NCBI GenBank assembly: GCA_963817525.1
Contig: CAWFOU010000012.1
Coordinates: forward strand, 1-40,125
Source: an uncultured archaeon
GTDB taxonomy: Archaea; Thermoproteota; Nitrososphaeria; Nitrososphaerales; Gagatemarchaeaceae
Reading direction: 5' to 3'
DNA: 40,125 nucleotides
Position 1 is the first letter of the stretch. Each line of letters begins with the position of its first letter. Below are positions 30,867-40,125 of this stretch, in pieces. A program made the position numbers and the translations under genes. The notes under the pieces were generated by a model that saw nothing but the letters and a program-made list of their open reading frames with translations, was not told the origin of the DNA and did no database searches.

Positions 30867-32130
30867 TCAGACCTCGTAGACTTCGCCGACTCTCGGGGCG
30901 AAAGCCTCTGACGCCCAGCTCTGTGTGCAGCTCATCGGCGAGGCTCACACAGCTCTCCTCCTCACCATGGACCGTCATGAACTTGGGTTTGCCCTTTATG
31001 CCCTTGAGGTCCGAGAGCAGCGTGCTCTTCCCGCTGTGAGACGAGAAGTCGAACTTCTTTACCTCCGCCTTGACCTTGGTCGGCCTGCCGTTGAGAAGCG
31101 TCAGTCCCCTGTCCAGGAGCGTCCTCCCTGCCGTGCCGGGGACCTGGAAGCTAACAAGAGCGATCGAGTTCTTCTCCTTCTGCGACAGCCGCTCGTTGTA
31201 GAAGACCGAAGCTCCCCCTACCAGCATCCCGGCGGGAGCGATTATCACGCCCGGCTTCTGGATGAACTTGCGCCTCTGCGACCAGCCGGAGATAAGCTCG
31301 GTGCTCTCCAGCGTCCGCCGGAAGAGCGCGGGGTCCCTCAGATATTCCTGGTGCCGCATCAGGACCTCGTTGACCTTGAGTGCCATACCGTCCATCCCTA
31401 CCTGGTGCTTGAAGCCGTTCTTGTGTAGCGTCATGGCGAGCTCCTGAGCCCTGCCTACGGAGAAAGCAGGTGCGAGCAATACCCCGCCCCTCTCGACCAC
31501 CGCGTTGGCATGACTCAACGAACGCCTTCTCGACCTCGGCTCTGTGCGGGTGGTCCGCGGTCGCATAGGTGCTCTCCGTGATGACCATGTCCGCCTCGCC
31601 GAGGTCTTTCCATGACGGGTTGAGCAACTCCGTCTCTGCCCCGTTGATGTCGCCCGTGTAGAGGAGCCTCTTCGAGCCGGCCTCGACAGAGATGATGCAC
31701 GAGCCCGGGATGTGCCCGGCGTCGTAGAAGTTATCGTTCATGTTCCCTATCGAGAAGGTCTGCCTGTACCCGTGCAGGACCGTGCTCTTGTCCATGGCGA
31801 GCAGGTCGAGGTATTCGAACGGCAGGTACGGCCCCGAGATCTTGATGAAATCGTTGATGAGCAGGTTCGAGAGCTCCTGGGTCACGGGGGTGGAGTGCAT
31901 CTTGACCTTGTCCCCTCCGATGAAGAAGACCGGCGTCGGCGCCCGAGTGGTCCAGGTGCGCGTGGCTCAGAACCAGTCCCTGGATGCTCTTCGGCTGCAC
32001 GTGGACCGGGAAGCCCGGCTCCTTCGTCGTCATCGCGCCGTAGTCGAGCAGGATGTTGGTGTCTGCCGTGGGAGACCATGAAGCCCGACCTTCCAACTTG
32101 GCGGGCTGCTCCCAGAATTTTAACTTGCAT
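30867..32130 (-). CDS. Beta-CASP metallo-beta-lactamase ribonuclease, aCPSF-like without KH domains (frameshifted)
   Basis: MQVKILGAARQVGRS, LLDYG, SHAHLDHSG, AGHIPG, YTGD, ESTYA, PAFSVGRAQE, FSSH, VHGE. Confidence 0.92.
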
Positions 32131-32281
32131 AATATAGCTGAATTTTCGACCTCGGCGGCCATTCTTTAAGGGTTTGGTGGGGCTTGGCAAGTCGTCGAAG
32201 GGGTTATGACCGGGGGAATTTATGAGGCTTCGAATAAAACCCTCAATAATTATTATATACGAATGGTCTCCGGTCATTCAG

Positions 32282-33875
32282 ATGAGCGGCACAACCGAAG
32301 AAGGTATTCGCCCGAGAGGCGACGGGTCTGGTAAGGGCACTGGGCGCGAAGGACATCTTCGTCTGGACAATCGTCTTCTTCCCGTTCTTCTCCTCGTGGG
32401 TCGCGAACTTCTGGTACACGCCGAGCCTCGTTGATAACGTGAACTATTACATCGCTCTCGGACTGTGGACCGTACTCTTCTGTGCCATCCCGCCGTTCAT
32501 GTGGTGGATGATGACGACGATCGTCCCCAGGGCGGGAGGAGACTACGTCTTCAGCTCGAGGGGTCTCCATCCGTCGCTTGGTTTTACCGCGAGCCTGCTG
32601 GTCACATTCTCAGTGGGACTCACGGCCATAGGCTCGGCACCGCTGTTCGCGCTCGCCCTAGGCTCGGCACAGCTCGTGACCGCGGGTCAGGTCTCCGGGA
32701 ACGCCGCCATAACGAATCTCGGCAACTTCCTCAACCCATTCGTTACCGGCTCGGCCGAGGACACGGTATGGGTCATTGGGATAATCATCCTGGCCGTTGG
32801 GGCCATAATCGCGGCCGTGGGGACGCGGTTCTTCAACAAGATAATGTGGATAATCTTCGCAGTCGGTCTCCTGGGCCTGGTGATCGAGCTTCCGATTCTT
32901 CTTACCACCACCAAGGCCGCCTTCGACGCCGGGTACAACTCCTACAACCCACGGACAACGTAACGGCCGTCTATGCAGCCGCCGCCGCCACCGCTCATTA
33001 CTTACCCGGATGGACCTGGGCCGCGTCGGTGGCAGCCGTCCCCCTCCTCTTCATCAACTTCGGTCCCTACTACCTGATGTACAACGTAGCGGGCGAGGTG
33101 AAGAACGCCAGGAAGAGTTTCCTCTGGGGCGCATGGGGCGCAATACTGCTGTCCGCGGCGTTCGCGTTCCTGCTCACCTTCCTGCTCGACCGGGCGGTGG
33201 GTCTCGACTTTATCGAGGCCTACACGGTCCAGAACTACTACTATGCACCCGTGGTCAGCGCCTTCCTCGCCTACGTCGTCCCTAATCTCGGCATCAACGT
33301 GATCCTGGCCATCGTGCTGCTTGTCTCCAACATCGGATTCGGATACCTCGGTTTCATGTTCCTTAGCAGGCCGATGCTCGCGTGGTCCTTCGACAGGATC
33401 CTTCCCTCCAAACTGTCCAGCGTCAGCGCCCGTTTCGGCTCTCCGACGGTCGCCATCGCGGCAACGCTGGTGCTGGCCTCGGCGGGCTGGACGCTGGAAC
33501 TCTTTGCGTCGAGCTTCGCAGGAGTGATACTGGACAGCCTGCTGATCAAGTTCGTCGGCTGGGCCGTAATCAGCGCCGCCGCCATCGTCTTCCCCTTCAC
33601 CCAGAAGAAGCTCTTCCAGGACTCGAGCGTCAATTACAAGATAGCTGGAGTCCCCGTCCTGAGCCTGGCGGGACTGGCATCGTTCCTGGTCTTCATCTAC
33701 TTCGTGGTCAACTCGGTGACCACGACGGTCTTCTACACCCCGACGTGGGACCAGGGGGCGTTCCTCATCGCCCTCTTCTTCGGGCGCGATAATCTACTAC
33801 TTCATCGCCGACGCATATCGCAGACGGCAGGGAGTCGACCTGTCGCTTGCGTTCAAGGAACTGCCTCCCGAGTAG
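32282..33875 (+). CDS. APC family amino acid permease (frameshifted)
   Basis: VFAREATGLVR, PRAGGDYVF, AGEVKN, SRPMLAWSFDRILP, terminal FKELPPE*. ATTATATA upstream. Confidence 0.88.
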
Positions 33876-33887
33876 GGAGGACCAGTC

Positions 33888-34712
33888 TCACGCCAGCGAG
33901 CGGTTGAGGAAGTCCAGAGTCAGACGCCACGCCAGCGCAGCCTGCGCAGGGCGGTGCATGTACGGGTTGGTATCGTTGAAGAACGCGTGCGGGGCGCCGG
34001 GATAGAGCTTCATCTCGAAATCCCTCTTGTACTTCACCATGGCCGCGACCAGCTGGTCCAGGCTCGCGTTGAGCCCCGTGTCCTCGACCCCATAGTTCCC
34101 AAGGACCGGGCAGTTGATCTTCTCGACCTGCTCGATCGGGTCGGGGTTCTGGCCGTAGAATACGACGCACGCCTGCGTCTGTCCGGTGCAGGCAAGCCTA
34201 AGCGACATGGTCGCCGCCGAAGCAGAAGCCGATGCTCCCTACCCTGTTGGGGCTGACCCCTGGCTGCTCCTTGAGGTGAGTGAGGGCCTCGCCGACCTCC
34301 GTCACGAACCTCGGGAAGGGCAGCTTGCCCCCGAAGACCGTCCCGAAGAACGTCCCCACGACCGCCCTCTTGTCCTCGGGGAGCTTCGCCAGCTCCTGCT
34401 GGACGAATGTCTGGTCGCGCATCTTCCCGGGCGGGAGGGTGAACATGAACTCCGTCACGGCCGTGACGTTCGCGATCGAGAAGAGCGGCGCAAGAGCGGG
34501 GTCGGAGCCCATGAGGTCGGGCGCGAGCACCGCGTATCCCTCCCTAGCGAAATCTGTCCGCCACGTCCTTGATATGCGGGACCAGCCCCCATATCTCGTG
34601 GACCATCACCAACCCGGGCACGCGTTCCTGCGCCCGCGGGCTTAACGAAGTACGCGTTGATATCGTGGGCAGGGCCCCTGAACTTGACCATAGACGACTC
34701 TATCTGGCTCAT
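33888..34712 (-). CDS. Dienelactone hydrolase family protein (frameshifted)
   Basis: HEIWG, LAPDL, nucleophile GFCFGG, FYG, YPGAPHAFFND. Confidence 0.88.
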
Positions 34713-34798
34713 GCCCTGCAGGCCGACGGGGAGGGTTATTTTGCTTGCGGAACGGACAGATGACTTTAAGGACAGGGGCCGGAACCGGCAGCGTCCAG

Positions 34799-35509
34799 TT
34801 GTCGTCCATCCGAGTCTTGCCCGAGGGGAAGAAACTCAAGGCGAGCACCCTCATAGCCGGCTTCCACGGCATCGGCGCCACCGGCTACTGGTCCATCAAG
34901 TTCCTCATCGAGGAGCTAAAGGCGAGACGCGCCTTCTACATCGACTCTGAGTTCGCGCCGGCCGTATCCTCGACCCTGGGCGGGGCCATCTCGACCCCGT
35001 ACGAGATATTCGTCTGCGGCGAGCTCGCCTTCCTAAAGGCCGAGGTCCCTCCGCTCAGGGAGAACGAGAACAGGTTCTTCCGGGAACTGGGCCAGTGGAT
35101 AGTTGAGTCCGGCGTCAACGAGGTGGCGCTCATAGGGGGTCTCGACGAGTCGTTGCGGGTCGATGACTCCACATACCGCCTGGTGCTCACCGACGCGATG
35201 GTGAAGGCGAAGCAGTTCGAGGGCCAACCCGTGCTCGAGGAGGGCAAGATGATAGTCGGGCCAGTCGCGGTCCTGCTCAACACGCTACAGATGCACAACT
35301 GCGCCGCATTTGCGGTGCTCGCCTATTCCAACACGGAAAGGGTCGACCCGCGCGCCGCGGCGATCGCCGTGGAGTTCCTTGCGGACAGATACGCATTCAA
35401 GGTCTCGACCGCCCCGCTGATAAAAGGCGCCGAGGAGCTCGAGCGCGAGCTCATAGGTCTCGCCCAGAAGGAGAAGGACCGCGGCTCGTCGAGCGCGATC
35501 TATTCCTGA
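34799..35509 (+). CDS. PAC2 family proteasome assembly chaperone
   Basis: LIAGFHGIGATG, ALIGGL, IVGPVAVLL, VDPRAAA, terminal IYS. TTTAAG at ~34765 favours TTG 34799 over the ORF-track start at 34745. Confidence 0.85.
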   Translation: MSSIRVLPEGKKLKASTLIAGFHGIGATGYWSIKFLIEELKARRAFYIDSEFAPAVSSTLGGAISTPYEIFVCGELAFLKAEVPPLRENENRFFRELGQWIVESGVNEVALIGGLDESLRVDDSTYRLVLTDAMVKAKQFEGQPVLEEGKMIVGPVAVLLNTLQMHNCAAFAVLAYSNTERVDPRAAAIAVEFLADRYAFKVSTAPLIKGAEELERELIGLAQKEKDRGSSSAIYS

Positions 35510-36964
35510 GTCCGCCTCTTGTGACCGTCCCCGCGGACGCTGACCTTGTGTAGCCCATCCCGCGGAGGCGCCGCGACAGCGTCGCGGATTTCTTTCCTCC
35601 CCGGGATCATTTCAGTGACGGTCTGGCTGAAGGGGTAGACCATCTCGAGTTCGGCGGGGTAGGGCCCCAGCAGCGGATGCAGTTTGTAGACGTCCACCGC
35701 CTCGCCGCGCGGTTCCTTCAGCACCTTCTCGTAGGCAGCGTTGTTCTGAAGTGGCTTCTCGCCGTTGGAACCGATGAGGATCGCCGTCCTCCCCCTCCTC
35801 TTCATTATTCCCCCCATGTGCGCCCTGACGATCTCGAGCTCCGGCCTGCGTTCGTCGGTCCCGCTCCTCACAAGAAGGCCCCTGTCCTTCACGAACCGCG
35901 TGCCCGAGGCCAGCCACTCGCTGTTCTTGGCCAACTCCTCGAACGCGGAGCCCGCCCGCGGGTGCACCGAGGCCCTCTCCTCGACGAGGTCCCACAACCT
36001 GCCCTCGGAGATCGCCTCCCGGCACCGCAGCACGTCCTGGCGCAGGATGTACAGATTGTGCAGAGCGAGTCGCTTCACGCGCTCGTCCCTCTCCATGAGG
36101 ACGAGGTCCTCCCTGCTCGTCCCGATGCAGACCGGACAGCTGCACGGGAGATACGACATCTGCTCGAGGACCAGGGTCCCCCTCTCCGTCATGTATCTCC
36201 CCTGCTTGGCGAACAGGATGTAGCTAGCGGAGTCGAAGGTGTCACAACCGAGGGCTATCGAGAGTGGCAGGGTCAGCGGGTGCCCCGCGCCGAAAAGGTG
36301 CAGGGGTACGGAGTACGGCATCGCCTTCTTCGCGGCGACTATCATCCTGACCAGCTCTGCGAAGCGGTAGTTGTCCATCAGCTCGACGGGGCTGCCGAGC
36401 GCGAGGATCTCGAAGCCCGCCGCGAGCAGCCCCTTGGCCGACTTCCTCACGAGGTCGTCGAAGAGGCCTCCTTGTATCGGGCCTACCCAGGTCGTCCTGC
36501 CTTTCCCGAGCTTCGCGATGGTCTCCTGCGCCCTCCAGACTGACGCGCATCGTCTCCTTCGCGTACTCCCTGGACAGCGAGTATCCCGTGGGCTGGTCGA
36601 GTGTGACGGCGAGGTCTGACCCTATCGCTGACTGGAACTCTCCTATCACCATCGGTGTGATGTCCATCTTTCCGTACCGGAGGACCTGGTAGCCTCCCGA
36701 GTCGGTCATCACGATGCCGTCGAAGCCGAGCATCCCGTGGAGTCCCTTCTCGATCGCTTCCTCCTTTCTCCTCCTGTACGCGATGAGCGAGTTGGTCATG
36801 ACCGCGCCGAAACCCATCTCTCCGTACTTCGAGAGCGGGATGTCGTGGACCACCGGGTGGACGACCGGGACGAGACAGGGAGTCTCTATGCTCTTGCTCC
36901 CCACCCGGAGGACCCCTATCCTGCCCATCAGGTCCGTGTCCCGTACCTCGAATGAGATGGGCAT
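35500..36964 (-). CDS. tgtA: Archaeosine tRNA-guanine(15) transglycosylase (frameshifted)
   Basis: FEVRDTDLMGRIG, IETP, MTDSGGYQ, LDQPTG, LHLFGAGHP, GCDTFDSASY, CSCPVC...HNL. No PUA domain evident. Confidence 0.94.
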
Positions 36965-36992
36965 CTCTCCGCGTCGGCATCGCGGATTCTGT

Positions 36993-38223
36993 TTAAGTCT
37001 TCTCGAGCCGCGCGGTGCCCTTCATGAACGCCTCGTTCTTCACGAAGAAGACCGGGATTATCAGGATGATCGCGACGATCGCGCCGATGAGCCAAGCGTC
37101 GGAGTACCCAAGGGACAGCACCAGAGCCGAGAAGTACAATGGCGACACGGAGCTCCCGAGGAGCGAGAAGCCGTCAACGTAGGCGATGGTGACGCTCTCG
37201 TACCTCGGATTCGACGAGGCGATCTCGCCTACTATCGCGAGCCCCACCGTGAAGAAGGCACCCGAGGCGAGGCCGCACAGGATCACGGCGATCAGGGCTG
37301 CGTAGATGGAGTCTATCGAGTTTATCGCGACTCCCGCGGAAATGAGCCCCGCAGGGATGATGAGCAGCAGCTTCACCTCCTTCACCCGGTCGTACAGCCT
37401 GCCGATTACCGGGGCCGAGACGGTCAGTATCGTGGCGATGCTCGCGATGCCTCCTGCGAGTCCTGGGCTGAGGCCGAAATTCCCCTCCAGGTAGTAGATC
37501 ATAAAATTGATGACGAGCCCGTAGGTCGACCCGATTCCGAAGAAGGCGATACACAGCACGACCAGGGGTCTGCTCGTGATTATCCCCCTCAGGCGATGCA
37601 GGTCCAGCTTGAAGCCGGTCTCGACGCTGTCGGAGGGAAGGCAGAGGACCAGCGCAAGCACACAGACGAGGTCCAGGAGGCCCGCAACGAAGAGGGAATC
37701 TCTCCACCCCACCGTCTCACCGAGCAACGCCCAGCCAAAGTACCCGGTGACCGAGCCGAGCGCGAACGCGACCGCAGTGAGCGCGACGCTGAAGCCCTCC
37801 GACCCCTGCTTGTAGTACCTGATGATTAGCACTAGGCATCGAAGGGAACGCAAAGGAGAACCCCGCCCCCGCGACGAACCTGAAGACTGCCAGCGCGGTG
37901 AACTGGGGTGAGAACGCGCTCCCCAGCACGCCGGCGGCGTTCGCGACAGTCCCGACGATGGCTAGCTGCTTCGGGCCCACCCTTGCCGCGATTATCCCAC
38001 CCGGGAGCTCGAACCCCCCGTACGCTAGGAAGAAGGCCGAGGTCAGGATTCCCAGCCCGTAGACAGAGAGGTCGAACTCCTTCGAGATGGATTGGGCCGT
38101 CGAGAGCGGGCCGAATGTGAATATCGAGCTGATGTTGACCTGGTTGATGGTCATCACGAAGTTCGCGAGAAGGAGGGACAGCACAGCTGCGAGGTTCACC
38201 ACCTTTCTCGACGGGACTGCCAT
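36993..38223 (-). CDS. MFS transporter (one frameshift)
   Basis: ORFs 37717 and 36993 joined give about 12 TM helices; PGGIIAARVGPK, FRFVAGAG, IGRLYDR. Confidence 0.88.
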
Positions 38224-38296
38224 ATCGGCGACGGCCCAAACCGTCCTTTCATTCGTCTTAAGTAGTCGTCGAGAAGTCGGCGAGACGAAGAGGAGC

Positions 38297-39781
38297 TTGA
38301 CAGAACCTTATCGCGTGCAGGTCCAGACAGGCCTCCCGACTTCCGCGATCTCGGGCCTGGGCGAGTTCATCGAGACTCACTATCTCACGCCGAACATGAG
38401 GTACATGGAGGGCGGCGGGTTCTCCTCGAGCAAAGATGCCGACCACCGCTACTACTCGTGGACGATCGACCCCAACAAGGCGACCCGGTTGTCGCTACCC
38501 GCCGGTTCTCCCGCCGTGACCGTGAATCTCACGATATCTTCCGAGGGCGTGAGCGCCGAGTTCACCGGCTTCGATTCGTCGAACGCCGCTGCCGTCCAGG
38601 TCTGCGACCACGAGGCAGACGACCTCAGGGTCCTGACCGCCTCGTTCCTTGACCACGCGAAGAGGGTGAGCCTCCACTTCGTCTTCTCCGTGGGGCACGG
38701 CGAACACGAGGTCCCGCCCGTAGCTTCCGGGAGCATCAGGCGCTCGATACTGAGGAGGGTATTCGCTGGCAACAACATGAACCTCTACCTCATCCTCATC
38801 GCAGTGAGTTTCATCTCCGTGCTCTTCCTCGGCTATAACGCGATCATCGTCATACTCGCCGTGCAGGGGCTGGCGCTGGTCTTCTCTGATAGGTTGATGC
38901 TCGGCTCGGGGACCGTGCGAGTGACGGCGGAGCATCCAGAGGTGGCCGTGGTCCAAATCAACTGTTCGCCGGAGGTCGCCAAGGAGCTCTCCACGTACGG
39001 GAAGAGTATCGTGGGCGGGATCAAGGACCAGATAGACAGGGCCATCTCCACCGGGGACGTCAGCGACCCTGACGCGAAGGCAGCCATCCTCGAGATACTC
39101 GTGAAGGCCGGGGTCCACTGCTCCCTCGATGACATCAGCATCAAGAAGAGCAACCCCTACAACATAGTGAAGGACGTCTCCGAGAAGTTCGGCCTGCCCA
39201 TTCCGAAGATAACCATGATGAACACGCCCATGGACAACGCGGCCGCGACCGGGATATCTCCCGGCCACGCCTCGATTACGATCACAGCCGGCGCCATCCA
39301 GGACCTCAAGGACACGGAGCTCGAGTCGGTGATAGGGCACGAATTCGGACACATCAAGGGACGCGACCCCATAATCCTCTTCGTCGTGACGATGGTGATG
39401 TACCTCGGAGGGTTGTACCTCTGGCTCCCGATACTCCTCGACCTGGGACTCCTCTACTTCCTCGTCGCGTTCGGGATAATCTACCTCGTCGGCAAGTTTC
39501 TCGAGACTAGGGCCGACACCGAGTCGGTCGCGGTTCTGGGAGGGGCAGGCATCCTAGCCTCGGCGCTCACGAGGATAGGCTTCACACAGCTGTACTTCGA
39601 GCGATACAACCCCCGCGCCCGGTTCCTCGACTGGTTGAGGTTCGACCCGCACCCTCCCATCTACTTCCGCGTCTCGCGGCTTTCGAAGATGGCGCAGAAG
39701 GGAGGTGAGATCAGGCACACGTTGTTGGTCTCGGTCAGGGACTGCATCTCGGGCTTCTTCGGGGCGCTTGCGGGCAGCTGA
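38297..39781 (+). CDS. M48 (HtpX/Ste24-like) zinc metalloprotease with long N-terminal extension
   Basis: [18 protein letters not shown] (HExxH), ETRAD, PHPP. TTG 38297 after GAGGAG; the ORF-track start at 38087 overlaps the MFS gene. Confidence 0.88.
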   Translation: MTEPYRVQVQTGLPTSAISGLGEFIETHYLTPNMRYMEGGGFSSSKDADHRYYSWTIDPNKATRLSLPAGSPAVTVNLTISSEGVSAEFTGFDSSNAAAVQVCDHEADDLRVLTASFLDHAKRVSLHFVFSVGHGEHEVPPVASGSIRRSILRRVFAGNNMNLYLILIAVSFISVLFLGYNAIIVILAVQGLALVFSDRLMLGSGTVRVTAEHPEVAVVQINCSPEVAKELSTYGKSIVGGIKDQIDRAISTGDVSDPDAKAAILEILVKAGVHCSLDDISIKKSNPYNIVKDVSEKFGLPIPKITMMNTPMDNAAATGISPGHASITITAGAIQDLKDTELESVIGHEFGHIKGRDPIILFVVTMVMYLGGLYLWLPILLDLGLLYFLVAFGIIYLVGKFLETRADTESVAVLGGAGILASALTRIGFTQLYFERYNPRARFLDWLRFDPHPPIYFRVSRLSKMAQKGGEIRHTLLVSVRDCISGFFGALAGS

Positions 39782-39787
39782 TGCGAG

Positions 39788-40125
39788 TCAGACGGTCCCG
39801 AACGCCCGTCTCGCGACCGGCTTGTAGCCGTCTCCCTTGAAGCGCTCCTCTTCCCAGATGTTCGGCGCGCTCGTGGTAGCCGTACATCTCCCAGTATCCG
39901 TCCTGGTATTCGGGGATGAACTCTATCTCGCCCAGCCACTTGGCGCTCTTCCATCCGTAGAGCTGGGGCATGAAGGGCCGGGCTGGGAAGCCCTGCTCGG
40001 GGAGCAGCGGTTTGTCGTTCATCTTCAGCGCCACTATCGCGTCCTCGTTCAGCGCGTCCTCAAGCGGGATGGGCGCGGTGTATCCGTCATAGCAGTGGAA
40101 CATCACCCAAGTGGCTTGCGGCTTG
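39788..40125 (-). CDS. Sulfite oxidase-like molybdopterin oxidoreductase, C-terminal part (partial, frameshifted)
   Basis: [38 protein letters not shown]. Confidence 0.88.

Noticed and set aside
30391-31566. Apparent RNase-protease fusion ORF
   Set aside because: Caused by an indel near the RNase 3' end; a proper ...YEV* stop is at 30867 and the tail is out of frame with most of the protease.
38087-38296. ORF-track N-terminal extension of the M48 protease
   Set aside because: It overlaps the divergent MFS gene; TTG 38297 with an upstream GAGGAG is a better start.

Overview
High-GC archaeal chromosomal segment, most consistent with a non-ammonia-oxidising Nitrososphaerota/TACK lineage (TFB, eL38, archaeosine TGT, PAC2, beta-CASP RNase, TRAM protein, TATA boxes ~25-35 bp before starts). 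About 40 genes: housekeeping, transporters, mdh and a fixAB-fixCX electron-transfer operon. Many genes in ~0.8-20.7 kb and ~30.8-40 kb carry single-base frameshifts that look like long-read errors, while ~20.7-30.8 kb is clean. No rRNA, tRNA, CRISPR array or mobile element is supported. The best find is an intact, tightly packed polyphosphate operon, sixA-ppx-TMK-like(GKST)-TMK-like(GRST)-CHAD. It has no PPK1/PPK2, and the tandem 'thymidylate kinases' are the likely heteromeric (family-3-type) polyphosphate kinase. Upstream are four ATAT motifs at an exact 9-bp period. Other leads: an unannotated membrane-peptide gene facing a double-HTH regulator, a membrane protein + wHTH pair with palindromic operators, a FixC-FixX fusion, CTG starts and missed Zn-finger microproteins. 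All calls come from motif recognition by eye; no searches were run.
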